Positions 14,301-29,160 are shown, numbered from the stretch's first letter. The stretch: 64,000 bases of DNA from the human T2T-CHM13v2.0 reference genome, Homo sapiens (GCA_009914755.4 CP068257.2:44992001-45056000), one strand, 5' to 3'. Notes: generated by a model not told the origin, from the letters alone. Translations and numbers: made by a program.

Positions 14301-17182
14301 TTTTTTGAAGGCTGGAAATGAAATCTGGCTAGAAGGAACTGCTGTAAAAAGACCTTTAGTGATGCGGTGGTAGGTGCGGGGGAGGGAAAGCATTCTACAG
14401 TCCTATGAGTAGGTCTAGGTCTGTGGTGACTCTGCCCCCTTGAATTGTGACCTTCACAAGTGCTCCCCCATCCTGTGAGTGGAACAGGATGGCTGTAGGG
14501 GGCTGAAATTGTGTATTTCCCTTCACCTGCATGAAAGTCCAGAGCCACCTGGAGTAGGTAGGTCAGGCTCTGATGTAACCCAGCCAGTTTGGCTCCTGAG
14601 GACAGGCATTGTTAAGAACAGAATGCCCTATCTCAAGATGTTTTCTTTTTTCTTCCCCCTGCTGAAGCACAAGGGGATCTTTCTCCAATATCCACTGTGA
14701 GGACCTGGTCGAGCTCCTGGAGGTAAAATTCACAAAAGTGTAGGGGCCCTCAGGACGGGGGTCCCCCTGGAGGTTTTTGTCCCTCAGACTTGCCACACTG
14801 AGCCTCCAGCAATTTTTCGGGTTTTCCTACCCTGGCACTGGAGGTTTCTGCTGGAGATAAGTTGTGATTCTCTCTCCCCACCTGTCTGTCTCTCCAATGT
14901 TGGGAACAATAGTTTGTCTTGTGACCTCACTTCTCTACTGGATCTAAGAGGGGCTGTTAATTTTTCAGTTTGTTCAGCTTTTTACTTGCTGTTAGGATGG
15001 AGCAAAGATTTCTTAGCTCCTTACATGTTGAACTGGAAACCAAAAATGAGTAGTTACTTTCTGAAGATATAAAATCCCCAGAGTAATATAATAAGACATC
15101 ACAAATGTCACTAGTCCACCTGTAAAATAATGTGTACTACTTCTTCCTCCCAATAATAAAAAAGCTTGAGGAGACAACAAGGGTGCCAACAGGCAGCTGG
15201 TTGCTGGAGGGCGATCACCACGGTGTTTCCCAGGAGAGTGAGACCATGCACTCTTTGGCTTGGGAAGAAGGGTGCCATTGTGAGCAACGCTGCCATGACT
15301 CTGCGAATGCCCAGGACATTACTGTACTAGCCAAGAGCTATCACTTGACTCGTGGTCATGGCGTTGTGGAGAGCTGCCTGGCATTGCAGCCTGTGAAACT
15401 GTGGAGGTAATTGGGAGGGGGTGATGGAGGCTCAAGGCCCATGGTGTCTAGTCTACCGCACCTTGAATGCCAAAGGCACCCATGTGGTTCACCCTCTGTC
15501 TACTCTGCAGATGGAGGGAAATGAGATGATGTAGCTCCAGGTTCCCAGACGACAACCTGCCATGACAGGAAGGGGCTCTCCTTCCCAAGCAACAGTGCTG
15601 CCTGCCCAGGCCAGAGCACGAAGGAGCTTGTGGGTCAACAGGGGCCTCTATTTGAATATATCAATCTTCTGTTAAGATCTTCTTCAGTCACTTGGATGTC
15701 CCTTCTCCCTTCATCCATTCAGCAAACTCTTGGCTCCAATCAACTAGGCAGCCAGCCCCGGGCCTTGCTGGGGCTGGTCAGGGGGTGGGAAGGGGTCATT
15801 CCAGAAAGGCCTGGGCAGCAACATTGTTTTCTCCCACAAAGGACGGTGCCATCCGCCACCAAGCCACTCACGAGGCTGACTCCAGTGACCGATGGCCACA
15901 GGCAGAAAAGGAGGCTTGTGTTCTAAAGGAATGTGAGGAAGAGACAAAAAGCTTCTGTTGTAGCAAATGCAAGTATTGATGCAATGAGAACTCACTGCCT
16001 TTCCTGTTCTAAAGAATGCCACTCCCAGCCAGCAGGCAGCCATGGGGTCAGGGCTTGGGTGCTGGGGCCTTGGAGCTGGATTCAGATCCGACCTCTGAAC
16101 AAACCTTGTCAAACGACAACCTTTCTCAGGCTGAGTAAAAGACAGAAAAAAAGCTGCACCCCTGAGAGGGCTGTAGGAGGAGTAAAGGAAATTGACACGC
16201 ACATACATGTGCACACATACAGACACACGTGAAGGGCCCAATGCACTCACTTGGGAGTCATTATTATTATTATAAAAGTTACTGTTCTTGTCTGCAGAAC
16301 CTGGAGCTGGCAGGAGTCAGACTGGGCAAAGCAAAGAACAGCAAATAGCAGAGGGACAGAGACTTCTTTCTGAGCCAGATATATTAGGTCTAAAAGGGCA
16401 GAGTGAACCTACTGGCTACTTTAGAATACTCTAAATCCAGGAGGCCCCCAATCTGGCAAATTAAGGCAGAATATCAGCATTTCATGGGTATCACATTTTA
16501 TTATTTTTGAACTATGTCAAATTCCATTAATTCATTTGGGTTCTAACCAGTCATTCCAAAGTCCATGCTCCCTTCCAGAAGTGCAGGCCCAGCATGAGCT
16601 GAGCCGGGGGCAGAGCAGGAGCACCGCTGTTTGCCCTGGGTCCATGGCAACGCCAGAGCCCAGCTCAACACAGCAGGGCTTTTGTTTTCATTTTTCAACT
16701 TTTTTTGAGGCCTTGAGAAGGAAGTGGAGATTGGAGTGTGAAGAGCCCACCCCACACAAAGCCGCTTTTCATGGCACTTGCTGTGCCTGTGGTTTCTTGC
16801 TCAGGAACTGAGTCTTGGTGAAATATAAGAGGAAGTGTTTGAACTGATGCTGGGGCAAGATCTCAAAAGGAAAACTGAGTTTTCCCTTTTGTAGAACTCT
16901 GTCACAGATATTTATTTTGATTATGCTTTTTATAACTTTTAAGGATTCTTGGAAATTTGCAATAAAATCATGTCAGGTTTAAATGTTTAAAAAATCATAG
17001 GATTAGCCTATTTGTTTTTTCACTCAACAGGAGTGTTTTTCATTTGACGACTTCAGAAGATCCCACGTCTTACAGCCCGTCCCTTCCTGTAGGACGCTGT
17101 GGGCCAGGACAGCACAGTACTCGGCCACATGCCCAAATGAGCAGCCACAAAAGTCTAATCAATCGATTGTTCAAACTGCTTA

Positions 17183-17476
<294 letters not shown>

Positions 17477-17581
17477 TCTACTTAACAAGTGAGGATGCTC
17501 ACGCCTTGACTGTAAAAATGCCTGCGTGGAATTGAACCACCTCGACAGCAACGACCCAGGAGGTGGAAATGAGTTGTTTTA

Positions 17582-17965
<384 letters not shown>

Positions 17966-19129
17966 TCAATCCCTAGCAGTTTTGCTACTGCAGAACAATA
18001 ACCTCTTTTGCTTTTGAAAAACAAACTTCAAGTTAAAAACACTGTGAATAACCTGGCACTATATTTCAATTTTTAGTGTAACTGGAATACATCCACAGGT
18101 ATATTTAGCATCTAGTAGTTCTATTGAGTGCTAATGTAAATAAAATTTAAATCATAGGAGGAATAAACTATTTTTGGAATTAAAACTTAAGACAGACTCC
18201 ATAATAAAATCAAATAATTTGATGTAATTCCTGTAACATATGTACTAACATTAAGTTCAACATTTAAAATTAATTATCTGTTATTGTGTATTAATTTAGA
18301 AAATTAATTGCAATCTTCTGAACTCTGCCTTTGGGGCTCCCTGGAACAAGGCCCAGGGGCCGTGTTTGCCTGAGTCGCATGCATGCACCTCCCTTCCCCA
18401 GGCGAGGCCCACTTGGCTGCGCGCCTCCCCACAGCGGGGACCATGAGATGCAGAGGCAGACAAGGACAGCGTCTTGGTGATCACAACTTTTAAAACGAAA
18501 AACTCAGATGCCCAGGATGAGAGAGCGCACACCCCGTGCTGATGCCCCACCCTGAACTTGCTGCTGCTGTGATGATGGCCACAGAAGGACAGCTGTTCAC
18601 GGAGCCCTGGCCGAGCTCGCTCTGTCCTCAGCCTGTGCGGCTGGCCAGGTCCCTTGGCCGTAGGAAGGCTCCAGAGGCCTCTTTGGGTAGGAGAGTGTGG
18701 GGGATGGGTCAGTTGCTCAGCACACCAAGGAGCCAGGCCTCACAGGGACTCTTTTAGGGTCCCTAGATTTTGCAACTCAAGTGACAACCACTCCTGCCCC
18801 TGGAGTGTTGATTTGTGTGCTCCAATGCCCCCCAACATGTTGGCCGTCAGGTGCCCTGCCAGGCCCTGCGTGTTCAGTGTGCTCTGGTTCCTGGGAGGAA
18901 GGTAAGACACTGAGTTCTGAACTCTGGAGGTGGAAGGGGGCTCCTTGGACAGTCACCTGATTAAGCACAGCCCTGACCCCATCCTGGTCACAGGGGTGTG
19001 AGTCTCCAAGGACAGGGCTCCAGAGCACCGTGTGATAAGTCACATGCAAAGGAAACCTGGGCAATGGCATAAATGAGGACCTCCCCTTAGCAGGGAAAGG
19101 AGCTTAGCAGCCTTCGGAGCCTCAGCCTG

Positions 19130-19250
19130 CATAGGAAACGCATGTTTCTCCATCATGATGGGGGAAACTGAGGCTCAGGTTGTATCACTCAGTGTCAAAG
19201 CCAGGATTTGAACCTGGGCCTGCCTCCAGAGTCCAAGTCCCAACCACATG
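19130..19250 (-). mobile_element. MIR SINE fragment (antisense). A second MIR-like fragment lies near 19940-20060.
   Basis: ggggaaactgaggctcaggttgtatcactcagtgtcaaagccaggatttgaacctgggcctgcctccagagtccaagtcc is the reverse complement of the MIR core (ctgggttcaaatcc...ctgagcctcagtttcc). Confidence 0.55.
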
Positions 19251-19323
19251 AAATGCTGCTGTCGTGGATCGGAGCAGGAGGAAATGCCCTGCTCTGACTC
19301 AAGGAGGTGCTTGGACTCTGCTT

Positions 19324-19614
19324 GTTTTTGTTTTTGAAACAGAGTCTTGCTCTATTGTCCAGACTGGAGTGCAGTGGTGCAATCTCAGCTCACTGCAGCC
19401 TCCTTCTCTAGGGTTCAAGTGATTCTTGTAACTCATCTCCTGAGTAGCTGGGATTACAGACATGCACCGCCACGCCTGGCTAATTTTTGTAATTTTAGTA
19501 GAGATGGGGTTTCACCATGTTGGCCAGGCTGCTCGAACTCCTGGCCTCAAGCGATCCACTTGCCTTAGCCTTCCAAAATGTTGGGATTACAGGCATGAGC
19601 CACCATGCCCAGCC
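19324..19614 (-). mobile_element. Alu (antisense).
   Basis: ttttgaaacagagtcttgctctattgtccagactggagtgcagtggtgcaatctcagctcactgcagcctcc ... ttgggattacaggcatgagccaccatgcccagcc. Confidence 0.9.
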
Positions 19615-21468
19615 AGACTCCACTTCCTGATGAAATGGCAAGAGAAGAGCATGTGGGGAGGATTGCAGACCTTGCTATGACCAACTTTGGAAAACACATT
19701 CTGCCCTCTGGCTGCACCCCCTACACATGCAAAATAGACTCACCCAGACACCCATGGTCTCGTGCCATTATGGCAGCCAGAGCTCCAGGTCTCACCACTT
19801 AACCATCTCCATGCGGGGTGAGGCTCCATGGGCACGGCTCCTCAGGCACAGCCTCTTCGATGTGTTTCCTTTTCAATCCACAGACTTGTGACCTCAAGAG
19901 CCAAGCACCTGACCCAACCTCTTCACCCTATGTCTAATGGGGATGGGGATAGGACAGACACCTTGGCCCCTGCCACTCAGAAGGGGGAAACTGAGGCAAA
20001 AAGCAGGCAGTCTGCAGAGATTCTGAAATCCAACCTGACCCAGGTCAACAGGTCTGTGATTAGGGTGCAGTGTTGCTACAGGGACTGATTCTCTAGGCAC
20101 CTGAGAAGAAAATAAAAGCCAGCTTGGATTAAAAGAACCAGATAGTACAAAATGAAAGGAGGCCAGTGGGCCCCTGAATTTCTACAGGCTAAGAAGACTG
20201 CTTAACCACAAACACAGGCTGCTTTTATTTTTCTAGTACAATTCCTTTAATAACTTTGTGGGTTTTCTATAAATTTTATTGATGTTCACTCCATTAGACA
20301 AAACCTGCACCGCAGATCTCTTTTAAATAGACCATTTTGTATTCAGGGCTCCCTGTGAGGCTGTTGTGGAACAATGCTGTTAAGATTCCCAGAAGGTCTC
20401 CTTAATAGGGGCCTGGGAGGCACATGTGTACCATCCCTGGGAGGTCCTTTGCCTCTGAAAAGGCTGGTGAGACACCAGTTGAACTCTTTCTGCATCTTAA
20501 TGGAGGGTTTTATAATCCCACTCTTGGCTTCATGTCTGCTCTGAACCCACATATTCCCTACAGGGCTGTGGGTCCCAACTTTGCCCTGAGCCCTCTCATT
20601 CTTTGAGAATCTTCTGCTGGGAGAAACTGGGGATGAAAATTAGTTTCATTTTTGAGCCCAGCAAATCCTGGCTCCTTCATGTCTTTATAAGTTCTGTTTG
20701 AAAACCCCATCATTCCTTCTCCAGTGCCTCTCTCCCTAATCATTTCTCATGATGTGCAGGTGAAAGAAGCCAGTCATTCAATGACAAGAGCCTTCTTTCC
20801 TTCACTTCCAGAACATTTCCTTGCTTTTCCTCAGTCCCTTGCCAGCTGCCTTCTCATGCCTGCCAGCCTCCTCTCTGGGGCTGAGTCCCACAGCCAACCC
20901 GCAATGTTTTTTGGCTTTTGTCATGGTAGCATCCCACTTCAAAGTACCTGATTCTGTTCTGGTTACTATTGCTGCATAAGAAACCACCATCTAATAGCGT
21001 AAAAGCATCAGCTGTTTTATTTTTCTCCCAGGGCATGATCGGTTGGCACAGGGTGCTGGTGTGGCTCAGTGTCTAGGACCTCAGCTGGGGAGACAGAACA
21101 GCTGTGGCTCTGCGGCTGCGGTAGAACCATCCCGAGGTCACGTAGCACCAGGTAGGAGAGAACATGAAGGCTGGGCTCACCTGGAGCTGACATTTGCAGC
21201 ACTGTTCATGGTGTCTCTGAGAGGCTGGGTTCTGAGGAGTGTCCCAAGAGCCTGCATTCCTAGAGGACTGAGAGAGCTGCATGGCCTTTCCTGAGCTGCC
21301 TCGGGAGCCACTGCAGGCCTCGCGACCTAGGGGTTACATCAGACATTACAAGTCCAAGACCAAGGGGAACAAACACGGACCCTGTTTCTCAATGGGAAGA
21401 TGTCAAAGAATTTACAGCCATTGGAAAAAAAAACACCACAGCTTACTCTCTAGTCACACATTATTTAC

Positions 21469-21846
21469 ATATTAGTCCATTCTCATGCTGCTATGAAGAA
21501 ACACCTGAGGCTGGGTAGTTTATAAAGAAAAGAGGTTTAATTGACTCGCAGTTCCTCATGGCTGGGGAGACCTCAGGAAATTTACAATCATGGCGAAAGA
21601 TGAAGGGGAAGAAAGGCAACTTCTTTACAGGGTGGCAGGAAGGAGAAGTGCTGAGCAAAGGAGGAAAAGCCCCTTCTAAAAACCATCAGATCTCATGAGA
21701 ACTCACTCACTATCATGAGAACAGTGTGGGGGTAGCTGCCCCCATGATTCAGTGACCTCCCACAGGGTCCCTCCCACCACACATGTGGATTATGGGAACT
21801 ACAATTCAAGATGAGATTTGGGTGGGGACACAGCCAAACCATATCA
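21469..21846 (-). mobile_element. THE1-like MaLR LTR (antisense), immediately adjacent to an MLT1-type LTR.
   Basis: attagtccattctcatgctgctatgaagaaacacctgaggctgggtagtttataaagaaaagaggtttaattgactcgcagttc ... ggattatgggaactacaattcaagatgagatttgggtggggacacagccaaaccatatca. This is a second copy of the family seen at 11334-11703. Confidence 0.75.
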
Positions 21847-22690
21847 GGGACTGAATTGTGCCCCCTACCTCCAAATTCATATATTGAACCCAATCCCCAA
21901 TGTGACTGTATTTGAAGATAGAGCCCTTAGCAAGGTATTCCAAGGTGAGCAGGTCTATGCAAACCTGCCCCCAAAGTCAAGGAGGCTCAGAAAGAGGCTG
22001 ACAAATCAGTTTCTTAGAAACATTTAACAGTGACTTGTGAACAGAAGCTATGTCTGTGTCTTGGGCAGCATCGAGGGAAGTGGGTGGATCTCCTCATTGT
22101 TACCCTCCCAGACCCAGGGCTTATAGACCATAGGGGAAGAGTATGCATGCTTCAGAGGTGATGTGTAGGATAACCGCATGGTAAGTAAGATAATGTCAAG
22201 ATTGTTTTGCCCTAAGGGCAGGATTTATGGTAAGTGCATGCTCTTACACAAGGACCAGTAGTTAAAATACAAATCTTAGAGGCATTTCAGGAACCGGGGT
22301 CAATCAGAAGCCAACACGGAGGATCAGCATCCAAGATGGAGCTGCTTTAGGCTCCACAGGAGGTCATTAAGGTTCAACAAGATCATAAGGGTGGGTCGCC
22401 AATCTGATAGCACCTAATCTGGTGCCCTTATAAGAAGAGGAACACATACTGGAGTGCTCTCATTGCATGCACACAGTGGAAAGGCCGTTTGAGGACACAG
22501 CAAGAAGGTGGCTGTCTACGAGCCGGAAAGAGAGCCCTCACCAGAAATCTAATTTGCTGGCACCTTGATCATGCACTTCCAGCCTCCAGAACTGTGAGAA
22601 AATAAATTTCTGTTGTTTAAGCCTCCTAGTCTGTGGTATTTTGTTAAGGCCGCCTGAGCAGACTATTGTATGAAAACCAGCTATCATCAG
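21847..22690 (+). mobile_element. MLT1-type MaLR LTR (sense) with an unrelated insertion of about 330 bp at roughly 22030-22360.
   Basis: The 5' part reads ccccctacctccaaattcatatattgaacccaatccccaatgtgactgtatttgaagatagagccc. The 3' part reads cccttataagaagaggaacacatactggagtgctctcattgcatgcacacagtggaaaggccgtttgaggacacagcaagaaggtggctgtcta...ccagcctccagaactgtgagaaaataaatttctgttgtttaagcctcctagtctgtggtattttgttaaggccgcctgagcagact. Confidence 0.5.
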
Positions 22691-24054
22691 CTAGAAAACC
22701 AGCAGCTATACCTGGTTACTGGAAGAATTGTTTTTTGAGGTTGTGGGACTGAGGTCCTTAGTTCTTGCTGGCTGTTGGCTGTCAGCCTCAGTGAGTTCCT
22801 AGAGGCAGCCCTCAGTCCTTGTCATGGGGAATGTCCCCAAAATAGCCACTTGTTTTATCAAAGCTAGTAAGAGAGTCTCCTTGCAAAATGGAGGTCAAAA
22901 TCTTATATCACAGAAGTGACATCCCATTACATCCCATTACACTTGTGGTATTCTATGGTTCAAAGCAAATCAAAGGTCCCGCCCGCTAAAGGTAGGGGGA
23001 CACTGCAGGCGTCAATAAGGGGCTGACTGCTGACAGCTCTGAAACCCTGCCGCCCTTCCACCGCATATCTTGGTGGTCTGATGAGGAAGTGTGCACATGG
23101 CTTCCCGTGGGGCCAGTGGGAAGCTCAAACCACGCAAGTCCCACCTGCACACATGAGCTCTTCTCTTTCCCTATGCCCTAACCCCAAGAAAACCCAGGCT
23201 ACCCACCTCCATCCTTTCCCAAGCCACTCAAGCCAGTTCTAGACCAGCTTGCGTGCTGGGCTGCTGCACCCAGAAGCACTCATGATGGCTAACAGGTGTT
23301 TTCATGCCCTCTTAGTGTGTGTCACATCATCCATCTCAACATTCGACCTATCGATTGGGAGGGGCAATCCTGAATCAGCAGATTCAATGCAGCAGGCACA
23401 GATACCAGGAGGCAGGGAAAGTGGGGCCACTTCAGAGCTGGCCAAACTTTGCTTTATGACAAACCGTAGGTCTACTTTGCTTTCTTGGTAAATGTTCCAC
23501 GTGTACCTGAAAATAACAGGCACTCTGCTAGCGGTTGGTGAAGTGGATATACTGATTTTATATATTTGTGTATATATGTAAGTCTCATGATGTATGCCGA
23601 CATGACGTGTGTCATGTTGGTTAAATGAGCTGTTTGAATCTCTGTCCTCCGCCTTTTTGTTCTGAGTTACGTGACAGGTGTGTTAAATTCCCCAACTACA
23701 ATTATGGATGGTTCCGTTTCTCCTTTGAGTTATATTAATTTTTGAATTTCTGGATTTTATATTTTGAAGGTATGTTATAGACACACAAATCTGGGGCTGC
23801 TATTTCTTTCTACTGAATTGACATTTTATCATTATGAAATAATTCTCTTATTTCTGGTAATACCATTTGCATTAAAGTCTGCTTTTTACAATATCAGTAT
23901 GATTTGTGTTTTACACTATCAGTATGGTTTGTGTTGGTGTGGTATTGTTTCACTCTTTTACTTTCAACTAAATGTTTCTTTATAGTAAAGTATGTTTCTT
24001 ATAACTACCATTTAGTCAAATCTCTAAAAGAGATACTTAAAAATATTGGCATTG

Positions 24055-24357
24055 GCCGGGCACGGTGGCTCACACCTGTAATCCCAGCACTTTGGGAGGC
24101 TGAGGTGGGTGGATCACTTGAGGTCAGGAGTTCGAGATCAGGCAGACCAACATGGTGAAACCTCATCTCTACTAAATATACAGAAAAAAAAATTAGCTGG
24201 GAAGGGTGGCACACGGCTTTAATTCCAGCTACTCGGGAGGCTGAGGCATGAGAATCGTTTAAACCCAGGAAGCAGAGGTTGCAGTGATCTGAGATTGTGC
24301 TACTGTACTTTAGCCTGGGTGACAGGGCTAGACTCTGTCTCAAAAAAAAAAAAAAAA
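24055..24357 (+). mobile_element. Alu (near full length) with a 17-nt poly(A) tail.
   Basis: ggccgggcacggtggctcacacctgtaatcccagcactttgggaggctgaggtgggtggatcacttgaggtcaggagttcgagatc ... gcctgggtgacagggctagactctgtctc(a)17. Confidence 0.9.
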
Positions 24358-24434
24358 GGCATGTTTTCTATCTTTACATTTAATGTTGTTACAAATATAG
24401 TTGGGTTTAATTCTGCCACCTTGCTGTTTATTTT

Positions 24435-24545
24435 TATTTTATTTTTTATTATACTTTAAGTTCTGGGATACATGCCTAGAACGTGAAGGTTTGTTACATA
24501 GGTACACACGTGCCATGGTGGTTTGCTGCACTGCTGTTTATTTTT
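24435..24545 (-). mobile_element. Short L1 3'-terminal fragment (antisense).
   Basis: ttattatactttaagttctgggatacatgcctagaacgtgaaggtttgttacataggtacacacgtgccatggtggtttgctgcac is the reverse complement of the extreme L1 3'UTR end. Confidence 0.6.
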
Positions 24546-25077
24546 CATTTGTCTTGTCTGTTTTTTATTTCTGTAGTACTCTCTTACTGTTTTCTTTTCC
24601 ATTTTTAAAATTTATTATTTTTCTTTTATCTTCTATTTTGCTTGTTGTCATACATCATTGTATTTTTTGAGATCTCATTATGCACTCTTGACCTGCCTGA
24701 AGTTATTAGGATACTTTTGCTTTGTCCTAACAAAGATCCAGCACATTACAATTGTTTATTTATCCCCCTTGCTCTGTGTGCGGCTGTTGGCATATATTCC
24801 ACCTCTACACATTATAAACCTCACAAGTCACAATTATTGTTGATTTAAGGACAAATGTTAAAAATACATTTATCCATTTATTTACACTTTCTAGTACTCT
24901 TCTGTCCTTCCTGCAGTTATGAGATTATCTTATTTTAGCCTGAAGTTCTTCTTTTAGCATTTTAGTGCATGTTTGCTTCAGTCAGATTCTGTTTATCTGA
25001 AAATGAATTTATTTTGACTTCCTTTGTAATGGCTATTCTTCTTAGGCTTAGAATTATACATCAGCAGATTTTTCTCT

Positions 25078-26050
25078 TTTTTTTTTATCATTATACTGTA
25101 AGTTCTGGGATACATGTGCAGAATGTGCAGGTTTGTTACATATACACGTGCCATGGTGGTTTGCTGCACCCATCAACCCATCATCTACATTAGGTATTTC
25201 TCCTAGTACTATCCCTCCCCTAGCCCCCCACCCGCTGACAGGTCCTGGTGTGAGATGTTCCCCTCCCTGTGTCCACATGTTCTAATTGTTCAGCTCCCAC
25301 TTATGAGTGAGAACATGTGGTGTTTGGTTTTCTGTTCTTGTGTTAGTTGCTGAGAATGATGGTTTCCAGTTTCATCCATGTCCCTGCAAAGGACATGAAC
25401 TCATCCTTTTTATGGCTGCATAGTATTCCATGGTGTATATGTGCCACATTTTCTTTATCCAGTCCATCACTGATGGGCATTTGTGTTGGTTCCAAGTCTT
25501 TGCTATTGTGAACAGTGCTGCAATAAACATACGTGTGTGCATGTGTCTTCATAGTAGAATGATTTATATTCCTTTGGGCATATACCCAGTGATGGGATTG
25601 CTGGGTCAAATGGTATTTCTGGTTCTAGATCATTGAGGAATCGCCACACTGTCTTCCACAATGGTTGAACTAATTTACACTCCCACTAACAGCGTAAAAG
25701 CGTTCCTATTTCTCCACATCCTCTCCAGCATCTGTTGTTTCCTGACTTTCTAATGATCACCTTTCTAACTGGTGTGAGATGATATCTCATTGTGGTTTTG
25801 ATTTGCATTTCTGTAATGACCAGTGATGAAGAGTTTTTTTTCACGTTTATTGGCCGCATTAATGTCTTCTTTTGAGAAGGGTTCATTTCTCTTATTTTTT
25901 CTCTAATCTTATCTTCACACTTTATTTCATTAAGTTGATCTTCAGTCTCTGATATCCTTTCTTTTACCTGATTGATTTGGCTATTGATATTTGTGTATGC
26001 TTCATGAAGTTCTCGTGCTGTGTTTTTCAGCTCCATCAGGCCATTTATGT
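25078..26050 (-). mobile_element. L1 (antisense) 3' end with an internal deletion that fuses ORF2 C-terminal sequence to ORF1 N-terminal sequence.
   Basis: A poly-T leads into the reverse complement of the L1 3'UTR and ORF2 C-terminus (minus-strand ORF 25343-25609: L1 ORF2 tail). The minus-strand ORF at 25686-26036 reads MELKNTARELHEAYTNINSQINQVKERISETEDQLNEIK (ORF1-like) joined to ...MQIKTTMRYHLTPVRKVIIRKSGNNRCWRGCGEIGTLL (ORF2 C-terminus). Confidence 0.8.
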
Positions 26051-27375
26051 TCTTCCATTTGGGGCTGGGTTTATAGTTTTGTAACCCCTATGCCAAATGT
26101 TGACACCTTATAGTAATTGGCAGGGATAACTAGGAAATTGCTTGATAAATAAATGCAAACAAAAATGTATGCTGGCAATTCTTAAGACATTTCTAAATTA
26201 CTTTGCCACTATTTTTAAAGCTAACTTATTTATTAAAGATTTTAAGTAAACTTAACATTTGACTAGTCTTTCCCTTTTTCTAATAAAGTATTTTATTTGA
26301 GCACTTTTATTTTTCTTTAATTAATAAATAAATAATTTATTTGAGCACTTTTATTTTTCTTTAAGCCAATTAATTATAGCTCTTCTATATTTTTTAATAG
26401 AGAAACATTGTGTACGCAACACATAAATACATAGATGTATTAGGTATACCGATAGAAGTACATCTTATAGATTCCTAAGACCTCTTTTTTTTTTTCTATC
26501 TTAGACTTGCAAACTCTTGATAATCTGTGTCATTGCCCTGGCAGTTGCCGGCTAAATAGCCCTAAATCTGCATATTAAAGGAAACTATTAGATGAAAAAT
26601 TAGATAGCAAAATTTACATTTTAAGGTACAGAGAGGAAAAAGTCTGGTGGTGCTAAAGAGAGATTAAAAATGGATGTGAAATCAAACATAAAATTATGAA
26701 AATCTATCATAGGATTGTATAAGGAGACCAGTTTTATTTAGACAGAGACTCCCTATATTTTAACTGGATCTCTGAGCTCTGGGCAGACCCTACACTGAAT
26801 CCTGGGTCTCCAAAAAGCGAAAATTATTATGAGGTTAGACTACATCATGCTTTTACAGTGCACTTAAAAAACTTTTTTCAACAAAGACATTTCTACATGT
26901 CTAAACTATACTATTCCTTAAGAACTCCAGAGTAGCCTCTGTTGCAGTAACTATTTTAGTAAAAAAATTAGGTAACACAATACAAAAGCAAGCAGTTTAA
27001 GAGCTGAGATGAAAAAAAAAAAAAAGCTGAGATGAACTTGTCTGTTTACACATTTGGGGTTCCATAAGGAAACAGAGGTTTCTCCTCCAAGGGGAATCTG
27101 GCACCTTCTCCGTTTTCTGTAAGGAACCCTGGGTATTACAAACTATATTAGGTTTCCCATGAAGCAGAGGGTGCAAGAGAAAGAAGACACGGCAAAAGTA
27201 AATGAAGAAAACAGAAGCCAGTCAACTAAGAAGAAAAAAACTTTTGCTCAAAAAGACAAGGTCCTAGGAGAGAAAAAAACAAAAAAAACAAAACTGGAAG
27301 CCTTTTAAATACAAACACACACACACAGGCACACAACACACATATGTTGGATGTTAGCTTTTAATTAAGCTTTTA

Positions 27376-27728
<353 letters not shown>

Positions 27729-28749
27729 TCAGCTAGGACTAATTGCTGCTATTTCAGAAGTACCAAGTATCAAACCAGAAAGGGCTTAATTTAGGAACTA
27801 AACCCAGGCTGTGGTGGTGGAAAAAAAGAAGGCAGAACCCTTAGGTATGGAACTGCAGTGTGGGGTGACAGACATTACTCTTTTTGGTTGGTCTGGCTAG
27901 CAAAAATGTGGCCTTGTTATGTAAGAAAAGCCCTTTAAGTAGTCAAAATAAATTTTTTTTTCTTTTTCCTTTTGCTAGCTGTTTTTCTCCCCCCACCACA
28001 TCACCTTTTGTGTGTGTGTGTGGTGGGGAGGGGTTGAAACTTAGCCACTTCAGAGGCCTCGCTTCTCATAATTTGGAACTTTCCTTTGGTTTCGATCAAG
28101 TCAGATAGAGTTCGTCAAACTCAATGCGAAAAAGACAAAAGAACAAAAAACAGAAACAACAACAAAAAAACCAGTTAAGCGAAACGAAGGATTGGGCAAT
28201 TTATAAGGTTACTGAGCACACTAATGGTAAGGAGAAATTAAGACCAGCTGGTTGTTAATCTTAATAGCCAAGACAAACCCCAATTCAGTTACTTCCTAGG
28301 GATGGGTCTGAGGCTGAAGATTGCTCTCTACCACCCTAGAAGCAGAGGAAGAAAACCCCTCATCTTTCCTGTGGGAAGCGAGCTCAAACTCCATAAACGA
28401 GTTACCTGCCTTCCATTGTCATGGAAGCAGGAAAAAACTACTACTTCCTTATGTTGGAAGAGAGTAAAGCACACCCCGCCCCCCAACCCCCGCCCAACAC
28501 ACAAAAGGAGTTGTACAGCAAAATAAACTAGATCTTGACTAAATCTGGGTAGATCAGGGATTCTCTGGAGGGGGTGCTTCCAGGCCTCAGCAAATTGTCC
28601 TATTGGTTTGAGCCATAAAGATAGCTCAAGCTGGTACTAAGGACTGACAGATTTGTCAAAGGTCAGTGGCACCTCTACTCAGAATCCCTTTGTGGTTACC
28701 AAAATGTGAACCTTGAATATCTGAGTCAGATCTCAGTCAACTTAGGAAG

Positions 28750-29160
28750 TTTATTTTGCTGAATTTAAGGATGCACGCCCATGACACGGCCGTCGGAGGC
28801 CCTGATGACATGTGCCCAAGGTGGTCAGAGCACAGTTTGGTTTTATACGTTTTAGGGAGACATGAGACATCAATCAATATATGTAAGATGAACATTGGTT
28901 TGGTCCGGAAGGGCGGGACAACTCAAAGCAAAGGCAGGAGGGAGCTTCCAGGTCATAGGTAAATATGAGACAAATCATTGCATTCCCTTGAGTTTCTGGT
29001 TAGCCTCTCCAGAGGTGGCAATCAGATACGCATTTATCTCAGTGAGCTGAGAGATGACTTTGAACAGAATGGGAGGCAGGTTTGCCCTAAGCAGTTCCCA
29101 ACTTGACTTTTCCTTTTAAGCTTAATGATTTTGCGGCCCCCAAATTTATTTTCCTTCCAC
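28750..29160. mobile_element. LTR/ERV-like repeat fragment abutting the PRMT2 promoter CpG island. The family is not assigned.
   Basis: cagtttggttttatacgttttagggagacatgagacatcaatcaatatatgtaagatgaacattggtttggtccggaagggcgggacaactcaaagcaaaggcaggagggagcttccaggtcataggtaaatatgagacaaatcattgcattcccttgagtttctggttagcctctccagaggtggcaatcagatacgcatttatctcagtgagctgagagatgactttgaacagaatgggaggcaggtttgccc is a motif I recognise as a dispersed LTR-type repeat. Confidence 0.4.
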
